Positions 41,082 to 57,700 of a stretch of 64,000 bases of DNA are shown here, one piece after another. A program made the position numbers and the translations under genes. Positions within the stretch are counted from its first letter, which is position 1. Every line of letters starts with the position of its first letter. Origin of the DNA: Eledone cirrhosa (taxonomy: Eukaryota); NCBI GenBank assembly GCA_964016885.1, contig OZ024755.1, forward strand, positions 43,648,001 through 43,712,000, given 5' to 3'. The notes beneath the pieces are model-generated. The model was not told the origin of the DNA, ran no database searches, and saw only the letters and a list, made by a program, of their open reading frames with translations.

Positions 41082-44000
41082 TATACTGTGTACCACAGTT
41101 GAGAGTACCAACATATACTGTGTACCACAGTTGACAGTACCAACATGTACCGTCTACCACAGTTGAGAGTACCAACGTATACTGTGTACCACAGTTGATT
41201 GTAGCAACGTATACACTGTACCACAGTTGACAGTACCAACATATACTGTGTACAACAGTTGACAGTACCAACATATACTGTGTACCACAGTTGACAGTAC
41301 CAACATATACTGTGTACCACAGTTGACAGTACCAACATGTACCGTGTACCACAGTTGATAGTACCAACGTATACTGTGTACCACAGTTGAGAGTACCAAC
41401 GTATACTGTGTACCACAGTTGACAGTACCAACATATACTGTGTACCACAGTTGACAGTACCAACATATACTGTGTACCACAGTTGACAGTACCAACATAT
41501 ACTGTGTACCACAGTTGACAGTACCAACATATACTGTGTACCACAGTTGACAGTACCAACATATACTGTGTACCACTGTTGACTACCAACATATACCATG
41601 TACCACAGTTCACAGTACCAACGTATACTGTGTATGTTACCACAGTTGACAGTACCAACATATACTGTGTACCACAGTTGAGAGTACCAACATATACTGG
41701 GTATCACTGTTGACAGTACCAACATATACTGTGTACCACAGTTGACAGTACCAACATATACTGTGTACCACAGTTGACAGTACTAACGTATACTGTGTAC
41801 CACAGTTGCCAATGCCAACATATACTGTGTACCACAGTTGACAGTACCAACATATACTGTGTACCACAGTTGACAGTACCAACATATACTGTGTACCACA
41901 GTTAACAGTACCAACATATACTGTGTACCACAGTTGACAGTACCAACATATACTGTGTACCACAGTTGACAGTACCAACGTATGCTGTGTACCACAGTTG
42001 ACAATACCAACATATACTGTGTACCACGGTTGACAGTACCAACATATACTGTGTACCACAGTTGACAGTTCCAACATATATGGTGTACCACTGTTGACAC
42101 TACCGACATATACTGTGTAGCACAATTGACAGTACTAACATATACTGTGTACCACAGTTGCGAGTACCAACATATACTGGGTACCACTGTTGATAGTACC
42201 AACATATACTGTGTACCACAGTTGACAGTATCAACATATATTGTGTACCATTATTGACAGTACCAACATATACTGTGTACCACAGTTGACAATACCAACA
42301 TATACTGTGTACCACAGTTGACAGTACCAACATATACTGTGTGCCATAGTTGACAGTATCAACGTATATGTGTACCACTGTTGACAGTACTAACATATGC
42401 TTTGTACCACAGTTGACAGTACCAACATATACTGTGTACCGCAGTTGACAGTACCAACATATCCTGTGTACCTCAGTTGACAGTACCAACATATACTGTG
42501 TACCACAGTTGACAGTACCAACATATACTGTGTACCACAGGTGACAGTACCAACGTATACTGTGTACCACAGTTGACAGTACCAACATATACTGTGTACC
42601 ACAGTTGACAGTACCAACATATACTGTGTACCACAGTTGACAGTACTAACATATACCGTGTACCACAGTTGAAAGTACCAACATATACTGTGTAGCACAA
42701 TTGACAGTACCCACATATACTGTGTACCATAGTTGACAGTACCCACGTATACTGTGTACCACAGTTGACAGTACCAACATATAATATGTACCAAAGTTGT
42801 AAGTACCAACGTATACTTTGTACCACATTTGACAGTACAAACATATACTGTGTACTACATTTGAGAGTACCAACATATACTGTTTACCACATTTGACAGT
42901 ACCAACATATACTGTGTGGCACAGTTGACAGTACCCACATATACTGGGTACCCCAGTTGATAGTACCAACGTATACTGTGTACCACATTTGACAGTTCCC
43001 ACATATACAGGGTACAACAGTTGACAATACCATCATATACTGTGTACCACAGTTGATAGTACCAACATATACTGTGTACCACAGTTGACAGTACCAACGT
43101 ATACTGTGTTCCACAGTTGACAGTACCAACATATACTGTGTACCATAGTTGACAGTGTCAACGTATCTGTGTACCACAGTTGACATTACTAACATATGCT
43201 GTGTACCACAGTTGACAGTACCAACATATACTGTGTACCACAGTTGACTGTACCAACATATACTTTGTACCACAGTTAACAGTACTAACATATACCGTGT
43301 ACCACAGTTGACAATACCAACATATACTGTGTGCCACAGTTGACAGTACCAACATATACTGTGTACCACAGTTGACAGTACCAACGTATACTGTGTACCA
43401 CAGTTGACAGTACCAACATATACTGTGTAACACAGTTGACAGTACCAACATATACCGTGTACCACAGTTGACAGTACCAACGTATACTGTGTACCACAGT
43501 TGAAAGTACCAGCATATACTGTGTACCACAGTTGACAGTACCAACATATACTGTGTACCACAGTTGACAGTACCAACATATACTGTGTACCACAGTTGAC
43601 AGTATTAACGTATACTGTATACCACATTTGACAGTACCAACGTAAACTGTGTACCACAGTTGACAGTACCAACCTATACTGTGTACCTCTGGTGACAGTA
43701 CCAACATATACCTTGTACCACAGTTGACAGTACCAACATATACTGTATACCACTGTTGACAGTACCAACATATACTGTGTACCACAGTTGACAGTACCAA
43801 CGTATACTTTGTATATTACCACAGTTGACAGTACCAACATATACTGTGTACAGCAGTTAACAGTAGCAACATATACCGTGTACCACAGTTGAGAGTACCA
43901 ACATATACTGTGTACCACAGTTGACAGTACCAACATATACTGTGTACCACAGTTGACAGTACCAACATATACTGTGTACCTCAGTTGACAGTACCAACAT

Positions 44001-47000
44001 ATACTGTGTACCACAGTTGACAATACCAACATATACTGTGTACCACAGTTGACAGTACCAACATATACTGTGTACCACAGTTGACAGTACCAACGTATAC
44101 TGTGTACCACAGTTGACAGTACCAAGATATACTGTGTACCTCAGTTGACAGTACCAACATATACTGTGTACCACAGTTGACAGTACCAACATGTACCGTG
44201 TACCACAGTTCATACTACCAGCGTATACTGTGTACCACAGTTGAGAGTACCAACGTATACTGTGTACCACAGTTGACAGTACCAACATATACTGTGTACC
44301 ACAGTTGACAGTACCAACATATACTGTGCACCACAGTTGACAGTACCAACATATACTGTGTACCTCAGTTGACAGTACCAACATATACTGTGTACCACAG
44401 TTGACAATACCAACATATACTGTGTACCACAGTTGACAGTACCAACATATACTGTGTACCACAGTTGACAGTACCAACGTATACTGTGTACCACAGTTGA
44501 CAGTACCAACATATACTGTGTACCTCAGTTGACAGTACCAACATATACTGTGTACCACAGTTGACAGTACCAACATGTACCGTGTACCACAGTTGATAGT
44601 ACCAACGTATACTGTGTACCACAGTTGAGAGTACCAACGGATACTGTGTACCACAGTTGACAGTACCAACATATACTGTGTACCACAGTTGACAGTACCA
44701 ACATATACTGTGTACCACTGTTGACAGTACCAACATATACTGTGTACCACTGTTGTCTACCAACATATACCGTGTACCACAGTTCACAGTACCAACGTAT
44801 ACTGTGTATGTTACCACAGTTGACAGTACCAACATATACTGCGTACCACAGTTGACAGTACCAACGTATACTGTGTACCACTGTTGACAATACCAACATA
44901 TACTGTGTACCACAGTTGACAGTACCAACATATACTGTGTACCACAGTTGACAGTACCAACATATACTGTGTACCTCAGTTGACAGTACCTACATATATT
45001 GTGTACCACAGTTGACAGTACCAACATGTACCGTGTACCACAGTTGATAGTACCAACGTATACTGTGTACCACAGTTGAGAGTACCAACGTATACTGTGT
45101 ACCACGGTTGACAGTACCAACATATACTGTGTACCACAGTTGACAGTACCAACATATACTGTGTACCACAGTTGACAGTACCAACATATACTGTGTACCA
45201 CAGTTGACAGTACCAACATATACTGTGTACCACTGTTGACAGTACCAACATATACTGTGTACCACTGTTAACTACCAACATATACCGTGTACCACAGTTC
45301 ACAGTACCAACGTATACTGTGTATGTTACCACAGTTGACAGTACCAACATATACTGTGTACCACAGTTGACAGTACCATCATATACTGTGTACCACTGTT
45401 GACTACCAACATATACCATGTACCACAGTTCACAGTACCAACGTATACTGTGTATGTTACCACAGTTGACAGTACCAACATATACTGTGTACCACAGTTG
45501 AGAGTACCAACATATACTGGGTACCACTGTTGACAGTACCAACATATACTGTGTACCACAGTTGACAGTACCAACATATACTGTGTACCACAGTTGACAG
45601 TACTAACGTATACTGTGTACCACAGTTGCCAATGCCAACATATACTGTGTACCACAGTTGACAGTACCAACATATACTGTGTACCACAGTTGACAGTACC
45701 AACATATACTGTGTACCACAGTTAACAGTACCAACATATACTGTGTACCACAGTTGACAGTACCAACATATACTGTGTACCACAGTTGACAGTACCAACA
45801 TATACTGTGTACCTCAGTTGACAGTACCAACATATACTGTGTACCACAGTTGACAATACCAACATATACTGTGTACCACAGTTGACAGTACCAACATATA
45901 CTGTGTACCACAGTTGACACTACCAACATATACTGTGTACCACAGTTGACAGTACCAACATATACTTTGTACCACAGTTGACAGTACCAACATATACTGT
46001 GTACCACAGTTAACAGTACCAACATATACTGTGTACCACATTTGACAGTACCAACGTATACTGTGTACCACAGTTGACAGTACCATCATATACTGTGTAC
46101 CACAGTTGACAGTACCAACGTATACTGTGTACCAGAGTTGACAGTACCAACATATACTGTGTACCACAGTTGACAGTACCAACATATACTGTGTACCACA
46201 GCTGACACTACCAACATATACTGTGTACCACAGTTGAGAGTACCAACATATACTGTGTACCACAGTTGACAGTACCAACATGTACCGTCTACCACAGTTG
46301 AGAGTACCAACTTATACTGTGTACCACAGTTGATTGTAGCAACGTATACACTGTACCACAGTTGACAGTACCAACATATTCTGTGTACCACAGTTGACAG
46401 TACCAACATATACTGTGTACCACAGTTGACAGTACCAACATGTACCGTGTACCACAGTTGATAGTACCAACGTATACTGTGTACCACAGTTGAGAGTACC
46501 AACGTATACTGTGTACCACAGTTGACAGTACCAACATATACTGTGTACCACAGTTGACAGTACCAACATATACTGTGTACCACAGTTGACAGTACCAACA
46601 TATACTGTGTACCACTGTTGACAGTACCAACATATACTGTGTACCACTGTTGACTACCAACATATACCGTGTACCACAGTTCACAGTACCAACGTATACT
46701 GTGTATGTTACCACAGTTGACAGTACCAACATATACTGTGTACCACAGTTGACAGTACCAACATATACTGTGTACCACTGTTGACTACCAACATATACCA
46801 TGTACCACAGTTCACAGTACCAACGTATACTGTGTATGTTACCACAGTTGACAGTACCAACATATACTGTGTACCACAGTTGAGAGTACCAACATATACT
46901 GGGTACCACTGTTGACAGTACCAACATATACTGTGTACCACAGTTGACAGTACCAACATATACTGTGTACCACAGTTGACAGTACTAACGTATACTGTGT

Positions 47001-50000
47001 ACCACAGTTGCCAATGCCAACATATACTGTGTACCACAGTTGACAGTACCAACATATACTGTGTACCACAGTTGACAGTACCAACATATACTGTGTACCA
47101 CAGTTAACAGTACCAACATATACTGTGTACCACAGCTGACAGTACCAACATATACTGTGTACCACAGTTGACAGTACCAACATATACTGTGTACCTCAGT
47201 TGACAGTACCAACATATACTGTGTACCACAGTTGACAATACCAACATATACTGTGTACCACAGTTGACAGTACCAACATATACTGTGTACCACAGTTGAC
47301 AGTACCAACATATACTGTGTACCACAGTTGACAGTACCAACATATACTTTGTACCACAGTTGACAGTACCAACATATACTGTGTACCACAGTTAACAGTA
47401 CCAACATATACTGTGTACCACATTTGACAGTACCAACGTATACTGTGTACCACAGTTGACAGTACCATCATATACTGTGTACCACAGTTGACAGTACCAA
47501 CGTATACTGTGTACCAGAGTTGACAGTACCAACATATACTGTGTACCACAGTTGACAGTACCAACGTATACTGTGTACCACAGCTGACACTACCAACATA
47601 TACTGTGTACCACAGTTGAGAGTACCAACACATAATGTGTACCACAGTTGACAGTACCAACATGTACCGTCTACCACAGTTGAGAGTACCAACGTATACT
47701 GTGTACCACAGTTGATTGTAGCAACGTATACACTGTACCACAGTTGACAGTACCAACATATACTGTGTACCACTGTTGACAGTACCAACATATACTGGGT
47801 ACCGCAGTTAACAGTAGCAACATATACCGTGTACCACAGTTGAGAGTACCAACATATACTGTGTACCACAGTTGACAGTACCACCATATACTGTGTACCA
47901 CAGTTGACAGTACCAACATATACTGTGTACCATAGTTGACAGTGCCAACATATACCTTCTACCACAGTTGACAATACCAACATATACTGTGTACCACAGT
48001 TGACAGTACCAACATATACTGTGTACCACAGTTGACAGTACCAACGTATACTGTGTACCACAGTTGACAGTACCAACATATACTGTGTAACACAGTTGAC
48101 AGTACCAACATATACCGTGTACCACAGTTGACAGTACCAACGTATACTGTGTACCACTGTTGAAAGTACCAACATATACTGTGTACCACAGTTGACAGTA
48201 CCAACATATACTGTGTACCACAGTTGACAGTACCAACATATACTGTGTACCACAGTTGACAGTACCAACGTATACTGTATACCACATTTGACAGTACCAA
48301 CGTAAACTGTACCACAGTTGACAGTACCAACCTATACTGTGTACCACTGGTGACAGTACCAACATATACCGTGTACCACAGTTGACAGTACCAACATATA
48401 CTGTATACCACTGTTGACAGTACCAACATATACTGTGTACCACTGTTGACAGTACCAACATATACTGTGTACCACTGTTGTCTACCAACATATACCGTGT
48501 ACCACAGTTCACAGTACCAACGTATACTGTGTATGTTACCACAGTTGACAGTACCAACATATACTGCGTACCACAGTTGACAGTACCAACGTATACTGTG
48601 TACCACTGTTGACAATACCAACATATACTGTGTACCACAGTTGACAGTACCAACATATACTGTGTACCACAGTTGACAGTACCAACATATACTGTGTACC
48701 TCAGTTGACAGTACCTACATATACTGTGTACCACAGTTGACAGTACCAACATGTACCGTGTACCACAGTTGATAGTACCAACGTATACTGTGTACCACAG
48801 TTGAGAGTACCAACGTATACTGTGTACCACGGTTGACAGTACCAACATATACTGTGTACCACAGTTGACAGTACCAACATATACTGTGTACCACAGTTGA
48901 CAGTACCAACATATACTGTGTACCACAGTTGACAGTACCAACATATACTGTGTACCACTGTTGACAGTACCAACATATACTGTGTACCACTGTTGACTAC
49001 CAACATATACCGTGTACCACAGTTCACAGTACCAACGTATACTGTGTATGTTACCACAGTTGACAGTACCAACATATACTGTGTACCACAGTTGACAGTA
49101 CCAACATATACTGTGTACCACTGTTGACTACCAACATATACCATGTACCACAGTTCACAGTACCAACGTATACTGTGTATGTTACCACAGTTGACAGTAC
49201 CAACATATACTGTGTACCACAGTTGAGAGTACCAACATATACTGGGTACCACTGTTGACAGTACCAACATATACTGTGTACCACAGTTGACAGTACCAAC
49301 ATATACTGTGTACCACAGTTGACAGTACTAACGTATACTGTGTACCACAGTTGCCAATGCCAACATATACTGTGTACCACAGTTGACAGTACCAACATAT
49401 ACTGTGTACCACAGTTGACAGTACCAACATATACTGTGTACCACAGTTAACAGTACCAACATATACTGTGTACCACAGTTGACAGTACCAACATATACTG
49501 TGTACCACAGTTGACAGTACCAACATATACTGTGTACCTCAGTTGACAGTACCAACATATACTGTGTACCACAGTTGACAATACCAACATATACTGTGTA
49601 CCACAGTTGACAGTACCAACATATACTGTGTACCACAGTTGACACTACCAACATATACTGTGTACCACAGTTGACAGTACCAACATATACTTTGTACCAC
49701 AGTTGACAGTACCAACATATACTGTGTACCACAGTTAACAGTACCAACATATACTGTGTACCACATTTGACAGTACCAACGTATACTGTGTACCACAGTT
49801 GACAGTACCATCATATACTGTGTACCACAGTTGACAGTACCAACGTATACTGTGTACCAGAGTTGACAGTACCAACATATACTGTGTACCACAGTTGACA
49901 GTACCAACATATACTGTGTACCACAGCTGACACTACCAACATATACTGTGTACCACAGTTGAGAGTACCAACATATACTGTGTACCACAGTTGACAGTAC

Positions 50001-51780
50001 CAACATGTACCGTCTACCACAGTTGAGAGTACCAACGTATACTGTGTACCACAGTTGATTGTAGCAACGTATACACTGTACCACAGTTGACAGTACCAAC
50101 ATATTCTGTGTACCACAGTTGACAGTACCAACATATACTGTGTACCACAGTTGACAGTACCAACATGTACCGTGTACCACAGTTGATAGTACCAACGTAT
50201 ACTGTGTACCACAGTTGAGAGTACCAACGTATACTGTGTACCACAGTTGACAGTACCAACATATACTGTGTACCACAGTTGACAGTACCAACATATACTG
50301 TGTACCACAGTTGACAGTACCAACATATACTGTGTACCACTGTTGACAGTACCAACATATACTGTGTACCACTGTTGACTACCAACATATACCGTGTACC
50401 ACAGTTCACAGTACCAACGTATACTGTGTATGTTACCACAGTTGACAGTACCAACATATACTGTGTACCACAGTTGACAGTACCAACATATACTGTGTAC
50501 CACTGTTGACTACCAACATATACCATGTACCACAGTTCACAGTACCAACGTATACTGTGTATGTTACCACAGTTGACAGTACCAACATATACTGTGTACC
50601 ACAGTTGAGAGTACCAACATATACTGGGTACCACTGTTGACAGTACCAACATATACTGTGTACCACAGTTGACAGTACCAACATATACTGTGTACCACAG
50701 TTGACAGTACTAACGTATACTGTGTACCACAGTTGCCAATGCCAACATATACTGTGTACCACAGTTGACAGTACCAACATATACTGTGTACCACAGTTGA
50801 CAGTACCAACATATACTGTGTACCACAGTTAACAGTACCAACATATACTGTGTACCACAGTTGACAGTACCAACATATACTGTGTACCACAGTTGACAGT
50901 ACCAACATATACTGTGTACCTCAGTTGACAGTACCAACATATACTGTGTACCACAGTTGACAATACCAACATATACTGTGTACCACAGTTGACAGTACCA
51001 ACATATACTGTGTACCACAGTTGACAGTACCAACATATACTGTGTACCACAGTTGACAGTACCAACATATACTTTGTACCACAGTTGACAGTACCAACAT
51101 ATACTGTGTACCACAGTTAACAGTACCAACATATACTGTGTACCACATTTGACAGTACCAACGTATACTGTGTACCACAGTTGACAGTACCATCATATAC
51201 TGTGTACCACAGTTGACAGTACCAACGTATACTGTGTACCAGAGTTGACAGTACCAACATATACTGTGTACCACAGTTGACAGTACCAACGTATACTGTG
51301 TACCACAGCTGACACTACCAACATATACTGTGTACCACAGTTGAGAGTACCAACACATAATGTGTACCACAGTTGACAGTACCAACATGTACCGTCTACC
51401 ACAGTTGAGAGTACCAACGTATACTGTGTACCACAGTTGATTGTAGCAACGTATACACTGTACCACAGTTGACAGTACCAACATATACTGTGTACCACTG
51501 TTGACAGTACCAACATATACTGGGTACCGCAGTTAACAGTAGCAACATATACCGTGTACCACAGTTGAGAGTACCAACATATACTGTGTACCACAGTTGA
51601 CAGTACCACCATATACTGTGTACCACAGTTGACAGTACCAACATATACTGTGTACCATAGTTGACAGTGCCAACATATACCTTCTACCACAGTTGACAAT
51701 ACCAACATATACTGTGTACCACAGTTGACAGTACCAACATATACTGTGTACCACAGTTGACAGTACCAACGTATACTGTG
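41082..51780. repeat. ~10.7-kb tandem segmental duplication, copy 1
   Basis: ORF offsets are 10690 (41154/51844, 41637/52327, 42100/52790) and then 10722 (42855/53577, 43857/54579, 48701/59423, 51396/62118). The junction lies between 51772 and 51792. Confidence 0.92.
44700..51780. repeat. 3725-bp tandem duplication nested in the 10.7-kb unit (also at ~55420-62870)
   Basis: ORF offsets of 3725 (44976/48701, 45326/49051, 47196/50921, 58190/61915). The junction lies at ~48413-48443. Confidence 0.88.
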
Positions 51781-54700
51781 TACCACAGTTGAGAGTACCA
51801 ACATATACTGTGTACCACAGTTGACAGTACCAACATGTACCGTCTACCACAGTTGAGAGTACCAACGTATACTGTGTACCACAGTTGATTGTAGCAACGT
51901 ATACACTGTACCACAGTTGACAGTACCAACATATACTGTGTACAACAGTTGACAGTACCAACATATACTGTGTACCACAGTTGACAGTACCAACATATAC
52001 TGTGTACCACAGTTGACAGTACCAACATGTACCGTGTACCACAGTTGATAGTACCAACGTATACTGTGTACCACAGTTGAGAGTACCAACGTATACTGTG
52101 TACCACAGTTGACAGTACCAACATATACTGTGTACCACAGTTGACAGTACCAACATATACTGTGTACCACAGTTGACAGTACCAACATATACTGTGTACC
52201 ACAGTTGACAGTACCAACATATACTGTGTACCACAGTTGACAGTACCAACATATACTGTGTACCACTGTTGACTACCAACATATACCATGTACCACAGTT
52301 CACAGTACCAACGTATACTGTGTATGTTACCACAGTTGACAGTACCAACATATACTGTGTACCACAGTTGAGAGTACCAACATATACTGGGTATCACTGT
52401 TGACAGTACCAACATATACTGTGTACCACAGTTGACAGTACCAACATATACTGTGTACCACAGTTGACAGTACTAACGTATACTGTGTACCACAGTTGCC
52501 AATGCCAACATATACTGTGTACCACAGTTGACAGTACCAACATATACTGTGTACCACAGTTGACAGTACCAACATATACTGTGTACCACAGTTAACAGTA
52601 CCAACATATACTGTGTACCACAGTTGACAGTACCAACATATACTGTGTACCACAGTTGACAGTACCAACGTATGCTGTGTACCACAGTTGACAATACCAA
52701 CATATACTGTGTACCACGGTTGACAGTACCAACATATACTGTGTACCACAGTTGACAGTTCCAACATATATGGTGTACCACTGTTGACACTACCGACATA
52801 TACTGTGTAGCACAATTGACAGTACTAACATATACTGTGTACCACAGTTGCGAGTACCAACATATACTGGGTACCACTGTTGATAGTACCAACATATACT
52901 GTGTACCACAGTTGACAGTATCAACATATATTGTGTACCATTATTGACAGTACCAACATATACTGTGTACCACAGTTGACAATACCAACATATACTGTGT
53001 ACCACAGTTGACAGTACCAACATATACTGTGTGCCATAGTTGACAGTATCAACGTATATGTGTACCACTGTTGACAGTACTAACATATGCTTTGTACCAC
53101 AGTTGACAGTACCAACATATACTGTGTACCGCAGTTGACAGTACCAACATATCCTGTGTACCTCAGTTGACAGTACCAACATATACTGTGTACCACAGTT
53201 GACAGTACCAACATATACTGTGTACCACAGGTGACAGTACCAACGTATACTGTGTACCACAGTTGACAGTACCAACATATACTGTGTACCACAGTTGACA
53301 GTACCAACATATACTGTGTACCACAGTTGACAGTACTAACATATACCGTGTACCACAGTTGAAAGTACCAACATATACTGTGTAGCACAATTGACAGTAC
53401 CCACATATACTGTGTACCATAGTTGACAGTACCCACGTATACTGTGTACCACAGTTGACAGTACCAACATATAATATGTACCAAAGTTGTAAGTACCAAC
53501 GTATACTTTGTACCACTGTTGACAGTACCAACATATACTGTGTACCACATTTGACAGTACAAACATATACTGTGTACTACATTTGAGAGTACCAACATAT
53601 ACTGTTTACCACATTTGACAGTACCAACATATACTGTGTGGCACAGTTGACAGTACCCACATATACTGGGTACCCCAGTTGATAGTACCAACGTATACTG
53701 TGTACCACATTTGACAGTTCCCACATATACAGGGTACAACAGTTGACAATACCATCATATACTGTGTACCACAGTTGATAGTACCAACATATACTGTGTA
53801 CCACAGTTGACAGTACCAACGTATACTGTGTTCCACAGTTGACAGTACCAACATATACTGTGTACCATAGTTGACAGTGTCAACGTATCTGTGTACCACA
53901 GTTGACATTACTAACATATGCTGTGTACCACAGTTGACAGTACCAACATATACTGTGTACCACAGTTGACTGTACCAACATATACTTTGTACCACAGTTA
54001 ACAGTACTAACATATACCGTGTACCACAGTTGACAATACCAACATATACTGTGTGCCACAGTTGACAGTACCAACATATACTGTGTACCACAGTTGACAG
54101 TACCAACGTATACTGTGTACCACAGTTGACAGTACCAACATATACTGTGTAACACAGTTGACAGTACCAACATATACCGTGTACCACAGTTGACAGTACC
54201 AACGTATACTGTGTACCACAGTTGAAAGTACCAGCATATACTGTGTACCACAGTTGACAGTACCAACATATACTGTGTACCACAGTTGACAGTACCAACA
54301 TATACTGTGTACCACAGTTGACAGTATTAACGTATACTGTATACCACATTTGACAGTACCAACGTAAACTGTGTACCACAGTTGACAGTACCAACCTATA
54401 CTGTGTACCTCTGGTGACAGTACCAACATATACCTTGTACCACAGTTGACAGTACCAACATATACTGTATACCACTGTTGACAGTACCAACATATACTGT
54501 GTACCACAGTTGACAGTACCAACGTATACTTTGTATATTACCACAGTTGACAGTACCAACATATACTGTGTACAGCAGTTAACAGTAGCAACATATACCG
54601 TGTACCACAGTTGAGAGTACCAACATATACTGTGTACCACAGTTGACAGTACCAACATATACTGTGTACCACAGTTGACAGTACCAACATATACTGTGTA

Positions 54701-57700
54701 CCTCAGTTGACAGTACCAACATATACTGTGTACCACAGTTGACAATACCAACATATACTGTGTACCACAGTTGACAGTACCAACATATACTGTGTACCAC
54801 AGTTGACAGTACCAACGTATACTGTGTACCACAGTTGACAGTACCAAGATATACTGTGTACCTCAGTTGACAGTACCAACATATACTGTGTACCACAGTT
54901 GACAGTACCAACATGTACCGTGTACCACAGTTCATACTACCAGCGTATACTGTGTACCACAGTTGAGAGTACCAACGTATACTGTGTACCACAGTTGACA
55001 GTACCAACATATACTGTGTACCACAGTTGACAGTACCAACATATACTGTGCACCACAGTTGACAGTACCAACATATACTGTGTACCTCAGTTGACAGTAC
55101 CAACATATACTGTGTACCACAGTTGACAATACCAACATATACTGTGTACCACAGTTGACAGTACCAACATATACTGTGTACCACAGTTGACAGTACCAAC
55201 GTATACTGTGTACCACAGTTGACAGTACCAACATATACTGTGTACCTCAGTTGACAGTACCAACATATACTGTGTACCACAGTTGACAGTACCAACATGT
55301 ACCGTGTACCACAGTTGATAGTACCAACGTATACTGTGTACCACAGTTGAGAGTACCAACGGATACTGTGTACCACAGTTGACAGTACCAACATATACTG
55401 TGTACCACAGTTGACAGTACCAACATATACTGTGTACCACTGTTGACAGTACCAACATATACTGTGTACCACTGTTGTCTACCAACATATACCGTGTACC
55501 ACAGTTCACAGTACCAACGTATACTGTGTATGTTACCACAGTTGACAGTACCAACATATACTGCGTACCACAGTTGACAGTACCAACGTATACTGTGTAC
55601 CACTGTTGACAATACCAACATATACTGTGTACCACAGTTGACAGTACCAACATATACTGTGTACCACAGTTGACAGTACCAACATATACTGTGTACCTCA
55701 GTTGACAGTACCTACATATACTGTGTACCACAGTTGACAGTACCAACATGTACCGTGTACCACAGTTGATAGTACCAACGTATACTGTGTACCACAGTTG
55801 AGAGTACCAACGTATACTGTGTACCACGGTTGACAGTACCAACATATACTGTGTACCACAGTTGACAGTACCAACATATACTGTGTACCACAGTTGACAG
55901 TACCAACATATACTGTGTACCACAGTTGACAGTACCAACATATACTGTGTACCACTGTTGACAGTACCAACATATACTGTGTACCACTGTTAACTACCAA
56001 CATATACCGTGTACCACAGTTCACAGTACCAACGTATACTGTGTATGTTACCACAGTTGACAGTACCAACATATACTGTGTACCACAGTTGACAGTACCA
56101 TCATATACTGTGTACCACTGTTGACTACCAACATATACCATGTACCACAGTTCACAGTACCAACGTATACTGTGTATGTTACCACAGTTGACAGTACCAA
56201 CATATACTGTGTACCACAGTTGAGAGTACCAACATATACTGGGTACCACTGTTGACAGTACCAACATATACTGTGTACCACAGTTGACAGTACCAACATA
56301 TACTGTGTACCACAGTTGACAGTACTAACGTATACTGTGTACCACAGTTGCCAATGCCAACATATACTGTGTACCACAGTTGACAGTACCAACATATACT
56401 GTGTACCACAGTTGACAGTACCAACATATACTGTGTACCACAGTTAACAGTACCAACATATACTGTGTACCACAGTTGACAGTACCAACATATACTGTGT
56501 ACCACAGTTGACAGTACCAACATATACTGTGTACCTCAGTTGACAGTACCAACATATACTGTGTACCACAGTTGACAATACCAACATATACTGTGTACCA
56601 CAGTTGACAGTACCAACATATACTGTGTACCACAGTTGACACTACCAACATATACTGTGTACCACAGTTGACAGTACCAACATATACTTTGTACCACAGT
56701 TGACAGTACCAACATATACTGTGTACCACAGTTAACAGTACCAACATATACTGTGTACCACATTTGACAGTACCAACGTATACTGTGTACCACAGTTGAC
56801 AGTACCATCATATACTGTGTACCACAGTTGACAGTACCAACGTATACTGTGTACCAGAGTTGACAGTACCAACATATACTGTGTACCACAGTTGACAGTA
56901 CCAACATATACTGTGTACCACAGCTGACACTACCAACATATACTGTGTACCACAGTTGAGAGTACCAACATATACTGTGTACCACAGTTGACAGTACCAA
57001 CATGTACCGTCTACCACAGTTGAGAGTACCAACTTATACTGTGTACCACAGTTGATTGTAGCAACGTATACACTGTACCACAGTTGACAGTACCAACATA
57101 TTCTGTGTACCACAGTTGACAGTACCAACATATACTGTGTACCACAGTTGACAGTACCAACATGTACCGTGTACCACAGTTGATAGTACCAACGTATACT
57201 GTGTACCACAGTTGAGAGTACCAACGTATACTGTGTACCACAGTTGACAGTACCAACATATACTGTGTACCACAGTTGACAGTACCAACATATACTGTGT
57301 ACCACAGTTGACAGTACCAACATATACTGTGTACCACTGTTGACAGTACCAACATATACTGTGTACCACTGTTGACTACCAACATATACCGTGTACCACA
57401 GTTCACAGTACCAACGTATACTGTGTATGTTACCACAGTTGACAGTACCAACATATACTGTGTACCACAGTTGACAGTACCAACATATACTGTGTACCAC
57501 TGTTGACTACCAACATATACCATGTACCACAGTTCACAGTACCAACGTATACTGTGTATGTTACCACAGTTGACAGTACCAACATATACTGTGTACCACA
57601 GTTGAGAGTACCAACATATACTGGGTACCACTGTTGACAGTACCAACATATACTGTGTACCACAGTTGACAGTACCAACATATACTGTGTACCACAGTTG